Virus record (IMG/VR): IMGVR_UViG_2663762603_000001
Origin: a virus
Taxonomy: Duplodnaviria > Heunggongvirae > Uroviricota > Caudoviricetes
Length of the DNA stretch: 49,809 bases
Direction: 5' to 3' (one strand)
Positions 38,133 through 49,638 of this stretch are shown piece after piece. Made by a program: the position numbers and the translations under genes. The notes below the pieces were generated by a model that was given only the letters and a program-made list of their open reading frames with translations, searched no databases and had not been told where the DNA came from. Numbering within the stretch: position 1 is the stretch's first letter; every line of letters begins with the position of its first letter.

Positions 38133-38830
38133 TGCAGGATATCCGGCAGGAAACACTGAATGAATGCACCCGTGCGGAGCAGTCGGCCAGCGTGGTGCTC
38201 TGGGAAATCGATCTGACAGAGGTCGGTGGAGAACGTTATTTTTTCTGTAATGAGCAGAACGAAAAAGGTGAGCCGGTCACCTGGCAGGGGCGACAGTATC
38301 AGCCGTATCCCATTCAGGGGAGTGGTTTTGAACTGAATGGCAAAGGCACCAGTACGCGCCCCACGCTGACGGTTTCTAACCTGTACGGTATGGTCACCGG
38401 GATGGCGGAAGATATGCAGAGTCTGGTCGGCGGAACGGTGGTCCGGCGTAAGGTTTACGCCCGTTTTCTGGATGCGGTGAACTTCGTCAACGGAAACAGT
38501 GACGCCGATCCGGAGCAGGAGGTGATCAGCCGCTGGCGCATCGAGCAGTGCAGCGAACTGAGCGCGGTGAGTGCCTCCTTTGTACTGTCCACGCCGACGG
38601 AAACGGATGGCGCTGTTTTTCCGGGACGTATCATGCTGGCCAACACCTGCACCTGGACCTATCGCGGTGACGAGTGCGGTTATAACGGTCCGGCAGTCGC
38701 GGATGAATATGACCAGCCGACGTCCGATATCACGAAGGATAAATGCAGCAAATGCCTGAGCGGCTGTAAGTTCCGCAATAACGTCGGCAACTTTGGCGGC
38801 TTCCTTTCCATTAACAAACTTTCGCAGTAA
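38132..38830 (+). CDS. L: minor tail protein L
   Basis: 232 aa, lambda L-like with C-terminal Cys cluster. Confidence 0.9.
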   Translation: MQDIRQETLNECTRAEQSASVVLWEIDLTEVGGERYFFCNEQNEKGEPVTWQGRQYQPYPIQGSGFELNGKGTSTRPTLTVSNLYGMVTGMAEDMQSLVGGTVVRRKVYARFLDAVNFVNGNSDADPEQEVISRWRIEQCSELSAVSASFVLSTPTETDGAVFPGRIMLANTCTWTYRGDECGYNGPAVADEYDQPTSDITKDKCSKCLSGCKFRNNVGNFGGFLSINKLSQ

Positions 38831-38834
38831 TCCC

Positions 38835-39578
38835 ATGACAGAGACAGAATCAGCGATTCTGGCGCACGCCCGGCGATGTGCGCCAGCGGAGTCGTGCGGC
38901 TTCGTGGTAAGAACGCCGGAGGGGGAAAGATATTTCCCCTGCGTGAATATCTCCGGTGAGCCGGAGGAGTATTTCCGGATGGCGCCGGAAGACTGGCTGC
39001 AGGCAGAAATGCAGGGTGAGATTGTGGCACTGGTCCACAGCCACCCCGGTGGTCTGCCCAGGCTGAGTGAGGCCGACCGGCGGCTGCAGGTGCAGAGTGA
39101 TTTGCCGTGGTGGCTGGTCTGCCGGGGGACGATTCACAAGTTCCGCTGTGTGCCGCATCTCACCGGGCGGCGCTTTGAGCACGGGGTGACGGACTGTTAC
39201 ACACTGTTCCGGGATGCTTATCATCTGGCGGGGATTGAGATGCCGGACTTTCATCGCGAGGATGACTGGTGGCGTAACGGCCAGAATCTCTATCTGGATA
39301 ATCTGGAGGCCACAGGGCTGTATCAGGTGCCGTTGTCAGCGGCGCAGCCGGGCGATGTGCTGCTGTGCTGTTTTGGTTCATCGGTGCCGAATCATGCCGC
39401 CATTTACTGTGGTGACGGCGAGCTGCTGCACCATATTCCTGAACAACTGAGCAAACGAGAGAGGTACACCGACAAATGGCAGCGACGCACACACTCCCTC
39501 TGGCGTCACCAGGCATGGCACGCATCTGCCTTTACGGGGATTTACAACGATTTGGTCGCCGCATCGACCTTCGTGTGA
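38835..39578 (+). CDS. K: tail assembly protein K (JAB/MPN + NlpC/P60-like)
   Basis: 247 aa from ATG 38835 (MTETESAILAHARRCAPAESCGF…). Confidence 0.85.
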   Translation: MTETESAILAHARRCAPAESCGFVVRTPEGERYFPCVNISGEPEEYFRMAPEDWLQAEMQGEIVALVHSHPGGLPRLSEADRRLQVQSDLPWWLVCRGTIHKFRCVPHLTGRRFEHGVTDCYTLFRDAYHLAGIEMPDFHREDDWWRNGQNLYLDNLEATGLYQVPLSAAQPGDVLLCCFGSSVPNHAAIYCGDGELLHHIPEQLSKRERYTDKWQRRTHSLWRHQAWHASAFTGIYNDLVAASTFV

Positions 39579-40117
39579 AAACGGGGGCCGAAGCCATCCG
39601 GGCGCTGGCCACACAGCTCCCGGCGTTTCGCCAGAAACTGAATGAGGGCTGGTATCAGGTGCGCATTGCCGGGCGTGATGCAGGCGAAAACGAATTATCT
39701 GCCCGTCTTAATGAGCCGCTGGCAAATGGTGCCGTGATCCACATCGTACCGCGTCTGGCGGGTGCCAAAAGTGGTGGTGTTTTTCAGGCAGTGCTGGGTG
39801 CGGCGCTGATTGCTACGGCAATCTGGATGCCAGGAATCAGTATCGCTTTCAGTAACATTCTCTTTTCTATGGGGGCAGCGATGACGCTTGGTGGTGTCGC
39901 ACAGATGCTGGCCCCTAAACCCAAAACTCCACGTACACAGACAACGGATAACGGCAAACAGAACACCTATTTCTCCTCACTGGATAACATGGTTGCCCAG
40001 GGCAATGTCCTGCCTGTTCTGTACGGTGAAATGCGCGTGGGGTCACGTGTGGCATCTCAGGAGATCAGCACGGCAGATGAAGGGGATGGTGGTCAGGTTG
40101 TGGTAATTGGGCGGTAA
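39476..40117 (+). CDS. I: tail assembly protein I
   Basis: 213 aa; ubiquitin-like N-terminus and Gly/Ala-rich hydrophobic C-terminus as lambda I. Confidence 0.8.
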   Translation: MAATHTLPLASPGMARICLYGDLQRFGRRIDLRVKTGAEAIRALATQLPAFRQKLNEGWYQVRIAGRDAGENELSARLNEPLANGAVIHIVPRLAGAKSGGVFQAVLGAALIATAIWMPGISIAFSNILFSMGAAMTLGGVAQMLAPKPKTPRTQTTDNGKQNTYFSSLDNMVAQGNVLPVLYGEMRVGSRVASQEISTADEGDGGQVVVIGR

Positions 40118-40189
40118 TATTATTTACTCATGTTCTAACTGATTTAATATTTATATCGAACACTGATAATTATTCTATTGGTTAGCTAT

Positions 40190-40528
40190 ATGAACAAAAC
40201 GATTTTATTCTGCACGATTATTGCCTTAACAGGATGTAAATCTTTGGATTACGTAAAATCCGGAAAACCTGTAATGGAAGGTAATTCATTAAAAAATATT
40301 GATGAATTGTCAGGCTGCATATCCAGACAATGGGCTGGTAATGGAACACCTATAACATCCCTTCCTATTGAGAATGGGGTAAGCCTTTTAGTTCCACAGG
40401 CTATGGGGGGATATGATGTTGTGCTTGATATCAAAAAAGCAGGAAATGGCAGTAGTTTTACTCTTTATGAACGTGTACCAGCATTAACGCCAAAAATTTT
40501 TGCTGATAGTGTTAATGCATGTAAATAA
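40190..40528 (+). CDS. lipoprotein moron inserted between I and J (candidate superinfection-exclusion lipoprotein)
   Basis: 112 aa from ATG 40190; lipoprotein signal MNKTILFCTIIALTG|C; low-GC; own terminator. Confidence 0.6.
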   Translation: MNKTILFCTIIALTGCKSLDYVKSGKPVMEGNSLKNIDELSGCISRQWAGNGTPITSLPIENGVSLLVPQAMGGYDVVLDIKKAGNGSSFTLYERVPALTPKIFADSVNACK

Positions 40529-40551
40529 TAGTTAATCCTGCCGTAACTCAT

Positions 40552-40580
40552 GAGCCGCCTTTTGGGCGGCTTTGTTGTTT
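40552..40580 (+). terminator. intrinsic terminator after lipoprotein gene
   Basis: GAGCCGCC-TTTT-GGGCGGCT hairpin + TTTGTTGTTT. Confidence 0.65.
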
Positions 40581-40594
40581 ATGGAGTGTGAGGA

Positions 40595-43500
40595 ATGGGT
40601 AAAGGAAGCAGTAAGGGGCATACCCCGCGCGAAGCGAAGGACAACCTGAAGTCCACGCAGCTGCTGAGTGTGATCGATGCCATCAGCGAAGGGCCGGTTG
40701 AAGGTCCGGTGGATGGATTAAAAAGCGTGCTGCTGAACAGTACGCCGGTGCTGGACAGTGAGGGGAATACCAATATATCCGGCGTCACGGTGGTGTTCCG
40801 GGCCGGTGAGCAGGAGCAGACACCGCCGGAGGGATTTGAATCCTCCGGCTCCGAGACGGTGCTGGGTACGGAAGTGAAGTACGACACGCCGATTACCCGG
40901 ACCATCACGTCGGCAAACATCGACCGTCTGCGCTTTACCTTCGGTGTGCAGGCACTGGTGGAAACCACCTCAAAGGGGGACCGGAATCCGTCGGAAGTCC
41001 GCCTGCTGGTTCAGATACAGCGTAATGGTGGCTGGGTGACGGAAAAAGACATCACCATTAAAGGCAAAACCACCTCACAGTATCTAGCATCGGTGGTGGT
41101 GGGTAACCTGCCGCCGCGCCCGTTCAATATCCGGATGCGCAGGATGACGCCGGACAGCACCACAGACCAGCTGCAGAACAAAACGCTCTGGTCGTCATAC
41201 ACCGAAATCATCGATGTGAAACAGTGCTACCCGAACACGGCACTGGTCGGCGTACAGGTGGATTCGGAGCAGTTCGGCAGCCAGCAGGTGAGCCGTAATT
41301 ATCATCTGCGCGGGCGTATTCTGCAGGTGCCGTCGAACTATAACCCGCAGACTCGGCAATACAGCGGTATCTGGGACGGAACGTTTAAGCCAGCATACAG
41401 CAATAACATGGCCTGGTGTCTGTGGGATATGCTGACCCATCCACGCTACGGCATGGGGAAACGTCTTGGTGCGGCGGATGTGGACAAATGGGCGCTGTAT
41501 GTCATCGGCCAGTACTGCGACCAGTCAGTGCCGGATGGCTTTGGTGGCACGGAGCCGCGCATCACCTGTAACGCTTACCTGACCACACAGCGTAAGGCGT
41601 GGGATGTGCTCAGTGATTTCTGTTCGGCGATGCGCTGTATGCCGGTATGGAACGGGCAGACGCTGACGTTCGTGCAGGACCGACCGTCGGATAAGGTGTG
41701 GACCTATAACCGCAGTAATGTGGTGATGCCGGATGATGGCGCGCCGTTCCGCTACAGCTTCAGCGCCCTGAAGGACCGCCATAATGCCGTTGAGGTGAAC
41801 TGGATTGACCCGGATAACGGCTGGGAGACGGCGACAGAGCTTGTTGAAGATACGCAGGCCATTGCCCGTTACGGTCGTAACGTCACGAAGATGGATGCCT
41901 TTGGCTGTACCAGCCGGGGGCAGGCACACCGCGCCGGGCTGTGGCTGATTAAAACGGAGCTGCTGGAAACGCAGACCGTGGACTTCAGCGTGGGTGCAGA
42001 AGGGCTTCGCCATGTACCGGGCGATGTCATTGAAATCTGTGATGATGACTATGCCGGTATCAGCATCGGCGGGCGCGTGCTGGCGGTGAACAGCCAGACG
42101 CGGACACTGACGCTCGACCGTGAAATCACGCTGCCATCCTCCGGCACCACGCTGATAAGCCTGGTTGACGGACAGGGGAATCCGGTCAGCGTGGAGGTCC
42201 AGTCCGTCACCGACGGCGTGAAGGTGAAAGTGAGCCGTGTTCCTGACGGCGTTGCCGAATACAGCGTGTGGGGGCTGAAGCTGCCGACGCTGCGCCAGCG
42301 CCTGTTCCGCTGCGTGAGTATCCGTGAGAACGATGGCGGCACGTATGCCATCACCGCCGTGCAGCATGTACCGGAAAAAGAAGCCATCGTGGATAACGGG
42401 GCGCACTTTGACGGCGACCAGAGCGGCACGGTGAATGGTGTCACGCCGCCAGCGGTGCAGCACCTGACTGCCGAAGTCACCGCAGACAGCGGGGAGTATC
42501 AGGTACTGGCCCGCTGGGACACGCCGAAGGTGGTGAAGGGCGTGAGCTTCCTGCTTCGCCTGACCGTGACAGCGGACGACGGCAGTGAGCGGCTGGTCAG
42601 CACGGCCCGGACGACGGAAACCACTTACCGCTTCACACAACTGGCTCTGGGGAACTACAGGCTGACAGTCCGGGCAGTAAATGCGTGGGGGCAGCAGGGC
42701 GATCCGGCGTCGGTATCGTTCCGGATTGCCGCACCGGCAGCGCCGTCGCGGATTGAGCTGACGCCGGGCTATTTTCAGATAACCGCCACGCCGCATCTTG
42801 CCGTTTATGACCCGACGGTACAGTTTGAGTTCTGGTTTTCGGAAAAGCGGATTACCGATATCAGGAAGGTTGAAACCACAGCGCGCTATCTTGGCACGGG
42901 GCTGTACTGGATAGCCGCCAGTATCAATATCAAACCGGGCCATGATTATTATTTTTACGTTCGCAGTGTGAACACCGTTGGCAAATCGGCATTCGTGGAG
43001 GCTGTTGGTCAGCCGAGTGATGATGCATCCGGTTATCTGGATTTTTTCAAAGGCGAGATAGGGAAAACCCATCTGGCTCAGGAGCTGTGGACGCAGATTG
43101 ATAACGGTCAGCTTGCGCCTGACCTGGCTGAAATCAGGACGTCCATTAAGGATGTCAGCAATGAAATCACGCAGACCGTCAATAAGAAACTGGAAGACCA
43201 GAGTGCGGCAATTCAGCAGATACAGAAGGTTCAGGTTGATACAAATAATAATCTGAACAGCATGTGGGCTGTGAAGCTGCAACAGATGAAGGACGGACGC
43301 CTTTATATTGCGGGTATCGGTGCCGGTATTGAGAATACGCCAGCAGGAATGCAGAGTCAGGTGCTGCTGGCGGCAGACAGGATTGCGATGATTAATCCTG
43401 CGAATGGCAACACAAAGCCGATGTTTGTTGGTCAGGGCGATCAGATATTCATGAACGACGTGTTCCTGAAACGCCTGACGGCTCCCACCATTACCAGCGG

Positions 43501-44074
43501 CGGTAATCCTCCGGCATTTTCCCTGACACCGGACGGGCGGCTGACGGCGAAAAATGCCGATATTAGCGGTAACGTGAATGCGAACTCCGGGACGCTCAAC
43601 AACGTCACGATTAACGAGAACTGTCGGGTTCTGGGAAAACTGTCCGCCAACCAGATTGAAGGCGATCTCGTTAAAACAGTGGGCAAAGCTTTCCCCCGGG
43701 ACTCCCGTGCACCGGAGCGGTGGCCATCAGGGACCATTACCGTCAGGGTTTATGACGATCAGCCGTTTGACCGGCAAATTGTTATTCCGGCGGTGGCATT
43801 CAGTGGCGCTAAGCATGAGAGAGAGCATACTGATATTTACTCCTCATGCCGTCTGATAGTGCGGAAAAACGGTGCTGAAATTTATAACCGTACCGCGCTG
43901 GATAATACGCTGATTTACAGTGGCGTTATTGATATGCCTGCCGGTCACGGTCACATGACACTGGAGTTTTCGGTGTCAGCATGGCTGGTAAATAACTGGT
44001 ATCCCACAGCAAGTATCAGCGATTTGCTGGTTGTGGTGATGAAGAAAGCCACTACAGGCATCACGATTAGCTGA
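40595..44074 (+). CDS. J: host specificity / tip attachment protein J
   Basis: 1159 aa, lambda J-like; GAGGA SD. Confidence 0.9.
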   Translation: MGKGSSKGHTPREAKDNLKSTQLLSVIDAISEGPVEGPVDGLKSVLLNSTPVLDSEGNTNISGVTVVFRAGEQEQTPPEGFESSGSETVLGTEVKYDTPITRTITSANIDRLRFTFGVQALVETTSKGDRNPSEVRLLVQIQRNGGWVTEKDITIKGKTTSQYLASVVVGNLPPRPFNIRMRRMTPDSTTDQLQNKTLWSSYTEIIDVKQCYPNTALVGVQVDSEQFGSQQVSRNYHLRGRILQVPSNYNPQTRQYSGIWDGTFKPAYSNNMAWCLWDMLTHPRYGMGKRLGAADVDKWALYVIGQYCDQSVPDGFGGTEPRITCNAYLTTQRKAWDVLSDFCSAMRCMPVWNGQTLTFVQDRPSDKVWTYNRSNVVMPDDGAPFRYSFSALKDRHNAVEVNWIDPDNGWETATELVEDTQAIARYGRNVTKMDAFGCTSRGQAHRAGLWLIKTELLETQTVDFSVGAEGLRHVPGDVIEICDDDYAGISIGGRVLAVNSQTRTLTLDREITLPSSGTTLISLVDGQGNPVSVEVQSVTDGVKVKVSRVPDGVAEYSVWGLKLPTLRQRLFRCVSIRENDGGTYAITAVQHVPEKEAIVDNGAHFDGDQSGTVNGVTPPAVQHLTAEVTADSGEYQVLARWDTPKVVKGVSFLLRLTVTADDGSERLVSTARTTETTYRFTQLALGNYRLTVRAVNAWGQQGDPASVSFRIAAPAAPSRIELTPGYFQITATPHLAVYDPTVQFEFWFSEKRITDIRKVETTARYLGTGLYWIAASINIKPGHDYYFYVRSVNTVGKSAFVEAVGQPSDDASGYLDFFKGEIGKTHLAQELWTQIDNGQLAPDLAEIRTSIKDVSNEITQTVNKKLEDQSAAIQQIQKVQVDTNNNLNSMWAVKLQQMKDGRLYIAGIGAGIENTPAGMQSQVLLAADRIAMINPANGNTKPMFVGQGDQIFMNDVFLKRLTAPTITSGGNPPAFSLTPDGRLTAKNADISGNVNANSGTLNNVTINENCRVLGKLSANQIEGDLVKTVGKAFPRDSRAPERWPSGTITVRVYDDQPFDRQIVIPAVAFSGAKHEREHTDIYSSCRLIVRKNGAEIYNRTALDNTLIYSGVIDMPAGHGHMTLEFSVSAWLVNNWYPTASISDLLVVVMKKATTGITIS

Positions 44075-44141
44075 ATTTTATAACCCAGATACGGGCACCA
44101 GAAATGGTGCCTTTTTTATTGCAGAAAAGCGAGAGGTAATT

Positions 44142-44741
44142 ATGCGTAAATTATGTGCTGTTATTCTGTCCGCAGTAGTCTGGCTGGTTGCCGCTGGTAT
44201 GCCAGCGAGCGCAGCAGAGCATCAGTCCACACTAAGCGCCGGGTATCTTCAGACCCATACTGATATGCCAGGCAGCGATGATCTGAACGGGATTAACGTG
44301 AAATACCGTTATGAGTTTACGGACACGCTGGGGCTGGTGACGTCATTCAGTTATGCCAATGCCAAAGATGAGCAAAAAACGCATTACAGCGATACCCGCT
44401 GGCATGAAGATTCCGTGCGTAACCGCTGGTTCAGCGTGATGGCGGGGCCGTCTGTGCGCGTGAATGAATGGTTCAGCGCGTATGCGATGGCGGGTGTGAC
44501 TTACAGTCGTGTGTCGACTTTTTCCGGGGATTATCTCCGTGTAACTGACAGCAAGGGGAAAACGCACGATGTGCTGACCGGAAGTGATGACGGTCGCCAC
44601 AGCAACACGTCTCTGGCGTGGGGGGCTGGCGTGCAGTTTAACCCGACCGAATCCGTGGCCATTGATATTGCTTATGAAGGCTCCGGCAGTGGTGACTGGC
44701 GTACCAACAGTTTCATCGTTGGTGTCGGCTATAAATTCTGA
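44142..44741 (+). CDS. lom: Lom/Ail/PagC-family outer membrane beta-barrel protein
   Basis: 199 aa with signal peptide and C-terminal …VGVGYKF; position between J and stf as lambda lom. Confidence 0.85.
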   Translation: MRKLCAVILSAVVWLVAAGMPASAAEHQSTLSAGYLQTHTDMPGSDDLNGINVKYRYEFTDTLGLVTSFSYANAKDEQKTHYSDTRWHEDSVRNRWFSVMAGPSVRVNEWFSAYAMAGVTYSRVSTFSGDYLRVTDSKGKTHDVLTGSDDGRHSNTSLAWGAGVQFNPTESVAIDIAYEGSGSGDWRTNSFIVGVGYKF

Positions 44742-44767
44742 TTAGCCAGGTAACACAGTGTTATGAC

Positions 44768-44794
44768 AGCCCGCCGGTTCAGGCGGGCTTTTTT
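44768..44794 (+). terminator. intrinsic terminator after lom
   Basis: AGCCCGCC-GGTTCAG-GCGGGCT hairpin + TTTTTT. Confidence 0.7.
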
Positions 44795-44805
44795 GTGGGG
44801 GGAAT

Positions 44806-47800
44806 ATGGCAGTACTGATTTCAGGTGTACTGAAAGATGGTGCAGGTAAGCCGATACAAAACTGCACCATTCAGCTAAAGGCCAGGCGCAACAGCACCAC
44901 GGTGGTGGTGAACACAGTGGCCTCAGAAAATCCGGATGAAGCCGGGCGTTATACAATGGACGTCGAGTATGGTCAGTACAGCGTCAGTCTGTTGGTGGAG
45001 GGATTCCCGCCGTCACACGCCGGGATTATCACCGTATATGAGGACTCAAAGCCGGGCACACTGAATGATTTCCTCGGTGCAATGACGGAGGATGATGTCC
45101 GGCCAGAGGCACTGCGCCGTTTTGAACTGATGGTGGAAGAGGTGGCGCGTAACGCGTCCGCAGTGGCACAGAACACGGCAGCCGCGAAGAAGTCAGCCAG
45201 CGATGCCCGCACATCAGCCCGTGAGGCGGCAACCCATGCGACTGATGCTGCAGGCTCAGCACGCGCAGCCAGCACGTCAGCCGGACAGGCCGCGTCGTCG
45301 GCTCAGTCAGCGTCTTCCAGCGCAGGAGCGGCATCAACAAAGGCCAGTGAAGCATCGAAAAGTGCTGCTGCTGCAGAGTCCTCAAAAAGCGCGGCAGCTA
45401 CCAGTGCCAGTGCCGCGAAAACGTCAGAAACGAATGCGGCAGCGTCACAACAATCAGCAGCCACTTCTGCATCCACCGCGACCACGAAAGCGTCAGAAGC
45501 AGCCACTTCAGCACGGGATGCGTCGGCTTCAAAAGAGGCGGCAAAATCATCAGAAACGAACGCAGCCTCGAGCGCCAGCAGCGCAGCTTCCTCGGCAACG
45601 GCGGCAGCAAATTCTGCGAAGGCGGCAAAAACGTCCGAGACGAACGCCAGGTCTTCTGAAACGGCAGCGGGACAGAGCGCCTCAGCTGCGGCAGACTCAA
45701 AAACAGCGGCTGCATTATCTGCCAGTGCCGCGTCAACAAGTGCCGGGCAGGCCTCAGCCAGTGCCACCGCCGCCGGAAAATCGGCAGAAAGTGCTGCATC
45801 GTCTGCTTCAACAGCCACAACGAAGGCTGGCGAAGCCGCTGTACAGGCCAGCGCAGCAGCGAGGTCTGCTTCCGCAGCGAAGACATCCGAGACGAACGCG
45901 AAAGCGTCGGAAACCAGCGCAGAATCCTCAAAAACGGCTGCCGCATCGTCCGCCAGTTCGGCGGCGTCATCGGCATCATCTGCGTCTGCTTCAAAAGATG
46001 AGGCGACCAGACAGGCGTCAGCAGCAAAGGGCAGCGCCACGACGGCATCCACGAAGGCGACAGAGGCAGCTGGCAGTGCGACGGCGGCAGCTCAGAGCAA
46101 AAGTACGGCGGAATCCGCGGCAACGCGCGCTGAGACAGCGGCAAAACGGGCAGAGGATATTGCATCCGCCGTGGCGCTTGAGGATGCGAGCACGACGAAA
46201 AAGGGGATAGTACAGCTCAGCAGTGCGACTAACAGCACTTCCGAGTCACTGGCGGCAACGCCAAAAGCCGTTAAGGCCGCGTATGAGCTGGCTAACGGGA
46301 AATACACCGCACAGGATGCAACGACAGCACAGAAAGGGATAGTTCAGCTTAGCAACGCGACCAACAGCACATCTGAAACGCTTGCCGCGACACCAAAGGC
46401 AGTAAAAGCAGCCAATGACAATGCTGAGAAACGTCTGCAGAAAGATCAGAACGGTGCGGATATCCCTGGCAAAGATACCTTTACGAAAAATATTGGTGCC
46501 TGCCGTGCCTTCGGTGGGTCAGTAAGCACAACAACAGGAAACTGGACGACTGCACAGTTTATCGAGTGGCTGGATTCTCAGGGAGCATTTAACCATCCAT
46601 ACTGGATGTGCAAGGGTTCCTGGTCTTATGGCAATAATAAAATCATTACTGATACTGACTGCGGTAATATTCATCTCGCCGGAGCTGTCATTGAAGTAAT
46701 GGGGATAAAGTCAGCGATGACGATCCGCATTACCACACCGACCACCTCCACTGGTGGTGGAACAACTAACGCCCAGTTTACCTATATTAATCACGGAACA
46801 GATTATTCACCTGGCTGGCGAAGGGACTATAACTCCAGAAATAAGCCAACGGCATCAGAGATCGGGGCGTTACCGTCAGGTGGAACAGCAGTATCATCAG
46901 TTAATCTGGCTTCAAAAGGTCGGGTAACCGCGCTGACAGACAATACGCAGGGGGCAGCAGGTCTTGAGTTATACGAGGTGTATAACAACGGATATCCAAC
47001 AGCGTATGGAAATATCATTCACCTGAAAGGGATGACAGCCGTTGGCGAAGGTGAGTTACTCATCGGCTGGAGTGGTACAAGCGGTGCTCATGCTCCGGCA
47101 TTTATTCGTTCACGACGGGATACGACCGACGCAAACTGGTCGCCGTGGGCGCAGCTTTACACCTCGGCTCATCCTCCTGCAGAGTTTTATCCAGTCGGCG
47201 CACCAATCCCGTGGCCATCAGATACCGTTCCGTCTGGCTATGCCCTGATGCAGGGGCAGACTTTTGACAAATCTGCATACCCGAAACTTGCAGCCGCTTA
47301 TCCGTCAGGCGTGATCCCTGATATGCGTGGCTGGACGATTAAGGGCAAACCCGCCAGTGGTCGTGCCGTATTGTCTCAGGAACAGGACGGCATTAAATCG
47401 CACACCCACAGCGCCAGCGCATCCAGTACGGATTTGGGGACGAAAAACACATCGTCGTTTGATTACGGAACCAAATCCACGAATAACACCGGGGCGCATA
47501 CGCACAGTCTGAGTGGCTCTACGGGGTCTGCCGGTGATCATACTCATGGTAATGGTATTCGTTGGCCAGGAGGCGGCGGTTCTGCGTTAGCATTTTATGA
47601 TGGCGGTGGGTTCACTTATGTCCAGGATTCACAGTATCAAGTAAGCCCGGGGACTTCTTCCCGTAGATCGTATTATCAACGTATTCAGACACAGTCAGCA
47701 GGTGCTCATACCCACTCGCTGTCTGGTACTGCAGCAAGTTCTGGCGCACATGCACATACTGTAGGTATTGGTGCGCATACGCACTCCGTTGCGATTGGTT

Positions 47801-47892
47801 CACATGGACACACCATCACCGTTAACGCTGCTGGTAACGCGGAAAACACCGTCAAAAACATCGCATTTAACTATATTGTGAGGCTTGCATAA
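44806..47892 (+). CDS. stf: side tail fiber protein Stf (Ala/Ser-rich repetitive shaft, KGIVQLS repeats, His-rich HxH C-terminal tip)
   Basis: 1028 aa; long imperfect repeats of A/S/T-rich units (…AAKTSETNA…), two KKGIVQLS…ATPKAVKAA repeats, C-terminal GAHTHS motifs. Confidence 0.85.
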   Translation: MAVLISGVLKDGAGKPIQNCTIQLKARRNSTTVVVNTVASENPDEAGRYTMDVEYGQYSVSLLVEGFPPSHAGIITVYEDSKPGTLNDFLGAMTEDDVRPEALRRFELMVEEVARNASAVAQNTAAAKKSASDARTSAREAATHATDAAGSARAASTSAGQAASSAQSASSSAGAASTKASEASKSAAAAESSKSAAATSASAAKTSETNAAASQQSAATSASTATTKASEAATSARDASASKEAAKSSETNAASSASSAASSATAAANSAKAAKTSETNARSSETAAGQSASAAADSKTAAALSASAASTSAGQASASATAAGKSAESAASSASTATTKAGEAAVQASAAARSASAAKTSETNAKASETSAESSKTAAASSASSAASSASSASASKDEATRQASAAKGSATTASTKATEAAGSATAAAQSKSTAESAATRAETAAKRAEDIASAVALEDASTTKKGIVQLSSATNSTSESLAATPKAVKAAYELANGKYTAQDATTAQKGIVQLSNATNSTSETLAATPKAVKAANDNAEKRLQKDQNGADIPGKDTFTKNIGACRAFGGSVSTTTGNWTTAQFIEWLDSQGAFNHPYWMCKGSWSYGNNKIITDTDCGNIHLAGAVIEVMGIKSAMTIRITTPTTSTGGGTTNAQFTYINHGTDYSPGWRRDYNSRNKPTASEIGALPSGGTAVSSVNLASKGRVTALTDNTQGAAGLELYEVYNNGYPTAYGNIIHLKGMTAVGEGELLIGWSGTSGAHAPAFIRSRRDTTDANWSPWAQLYTSAHPPAEFYPVGAPIPWPSDTVPSGYALMQGQTFDKSAYPKLAAAYPSGVIPDMRGWTIKGKPASGRAVLSQEQDGIKSHTHSASASSTDLGTKNTSSFDYGTKSTNNTGAHTHSLSGSTGSAGDHTHGNGIRWPGGGGSALAFYDGGGFTYVQDSQYQVSPGTSSRRSYYQRIQTQSAGAHTHSLSGTAASSGAHAHTVGIGAHTHSVAIGSHGHTITVNAAGNAENTVKNIAFNYIVRLA

Positions 47893-48476
47893 TGGCATTC
47901 AGAATGAGTGAACAAGCACGGACCATAAAAATTTATAATCTGCTGGCCGGAACTAATGAATTTATTGGTGAAGGTGACGCATATATTCCGCCTCATACAG
48001 GTCTGCCAGCAAACAGTACCGATATTGCACCACCAGATATTCCTGCTGGCTTTGTGGCTGTTTTCAACAGTGATGAGGCATCGTGGCATCTCGTTGAAGA
48101 CCATCGGGGTAAAACGGTTTATGACGTAGCGTCAGGGGACGAGTTATTTATTTCTGAACTCGGTCCGTTACCGGAAAATGTTACCTGGTTATCGCCGGAA
48201 GGGGAGTTTCAGAAGTGGAACGGCACAGCCTGGGTGAAGGATACGGAAGCAGAAAAAATGTTCCGGATCCGGGAGGCGGAAGAAACAAAAAACAACCTGA
48301 TGCAGGTAGCCAGTGAGCATATTGCGCCGCTTCAGGATGCTGCAGATCTGGAAATTGCAACGGAGGAAGAAACCTCATTGCTGGAAGCCTGGAAAAAGTA
48401 TCGGGTGTTGCTGAACCGTGTTGATACATCAACTGCACCTGATATTGAGTGGCCTACGAACCCTGTCAGGGAGTAA
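47892..48476 (+). CDS. tfa: tail fiber assembly protein Tfa
   Basis: 194 aa; conserved C-terminus …[52 protein letters not shown]. Confidence 0.85.
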   Translation: MAFRMSEQARTIKIYNLLAGTNEFIGEGDAYIPPHTGLPANSTDIAPPDIPAGFVAVFNSDEASWHLVEDHRGKTVYDVASGDELFISELGPLPENVTWLSPEGEFQKWNGTAWVKDTEAEKMFRIREAEETKNNLMQVASEHIAPLQDAADLEIATEEETSLLEAWKKYRVLLNRVDTSTAPDIEWPTNPVRE

Positions 48477-48490
48477 TCATTGGGATTATG

Positions 48491-48523
48491 CCGCAGCACG
48501 TCTTAAGCAAGAACGTGCTGCGG
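48491..48523. terminator. hairpin between convergent tfa and methyltransferase genes (bidirectional terminator candidate)
   Basis: CCGCAGCACGT-cttaagcaag-AACGTGCTGCGG inverted repeat; a related hairpin recurs at about 49541-49574. Confidence 0.5.
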
Positions 48524-48530
48524 TTGGATG

Positions 48531-49199
48531 CTATTTTTTCCCTGAAGCGGAAAACATTACTACAGTACCTTGAACCTTGGTTTTAACATTCTCGAAATGC
48601 TCTGAGAGTATATGTGTTAAGCCTTCTTCGGAATCTTTTGTGTTTGAAAAGATGCCTTTCTGATTGTAAATGCGCATCAGTTTTTGACCGAAGCTATTGT
48701 GCACAACTCCATCGCCAAGAATTGTGGCTCCGTATAGAGTTCCATCGTCAGTTAAGGCCTGCGCCGCATTGCGTATTACACAGCTTTTTGTAGATATATT
48801 TCCAGGCAGGCAGTGAAGAAGGTAAAACATGGAAATGGAATCAAATTGACCATGTAACGCCGCGGGATAAGGTTCAAAAACATCATGGCTAATTTTATGT
48901 TTAATTTTTGATTCCCCAGCCCTTGTAGATGCCGCGTTCAGGCTAGCTTCGTTCAAATCCATTAAAGATATCAGACTACTCTCAGGTACGTGAGTAAGGT
49001 AAAACCCAGTTCCAACACCAATATCCAGATGGTTGTTACCTACATGTTCCAGATAGTGTGGAAGAAGGTGTTCCTTTGTAGGACATCCCCATGCAAGCCG
49101 ATTTGATACTCCCAAAACCCACCAGTCATAAAGCTTTAGGGTAAGTGGTGTGTAAATTTTAGCCCCATCATCTGTGTTTTTTTTCATTGATTTCACCAT
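48531..49199 (-). CDS. class I SAM-dependent methyltransferase (moron in tail-fiber region)
   Basis: 222-aa ORF; motif I LDIGVGTGFY; flanked by duplicated tfa 3' segments. Confidence 0.7.
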   Translation of the reverse strand: MVKSMKKNTDDGAKIYTPLTLKLYDWWVLGVSNRLAWGCPTKEHLLPHYLEHVGNNHLDIGVGTGFYLTHVPESSLISLMDLNEASLNAASTRAGESKIKHKISHDVFEPYPAALHGQFDSISMFYLLHCLPGNISTKSCVIRNAAQALTDDGTLYGATILGDGVVHNSFGQKLMRIYNQKGIFSNTKDSEEGLTHILSEHFENVKTKVQGTVVMFSASGKK

Positions 49200-49255
49200 G
49201 TTATAGTTTTATTTGTGAATTAAATCAATTATGGCGATGAATTACAAGGGGTTAA

Positions 49256-49576
49256 ATGCTGCCGCAGCATAGCGATATTGAAATAGCCTGGTATGCTTCG
49301 ATACAGCAGGAGACGAATGGCTGGAAGACCGTCACCACACAGTTCTACATCCAGGAATTCAGTGAGTATATTGCGCCACTGCAGGATGCTGTAGATCTGG
49401 AAATCGCAACGGAGGAAGAAAGATCGTTGCTGGAGGCATGGAATAAATATCGGGTATTGTTGAATCGTGTTGATACATCAACTGCACCGATATTGAGTGG
49501 CCTGCAAATCCTGTCAGGGAGTAATCATTGGGATTATGCCGCAGACACGTCGTATGCAGGAACGTGCTGCGGTTAG
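49256..49576 (+). pseudogene. second, short tfa-like gene with 1-nt deletion disrupting the conserved C-terminus
   Basis: …[41 protein letters not shown] then frame diverges (GCACCGATATT vs GCACCTGATATT in intact tfa). Confidence 0.5.
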
Positions 49577-49638
49577 TTTGTGAGCTTTCGATAGTGGTTG
49601 TTATTTTTGCCCTTATTTGTTCCGGAGGCCATGGTTCA

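Noticed and set aside
41525-43282. 585-aa minus-strand ORF inside gene J
   Set aside because: Lies antisense to a strongly lambda-J-like plus-strand gene; Arg/Pro/His-rich translation typical of a shadow ORF in GC-rich coding DNA.
45203-46210. Long alternative-frame and antisense ORFs (45203..46210 +, 45303..46052 -, 45398..46165 -) in the Stf repeat region
   Set aside because: Produced by the low-complexity GCN-rich repeats of the stf shaft; translations are poly-Arg/Pro/Gln or poly-Ala/Asp low-complexity strings with no start context.
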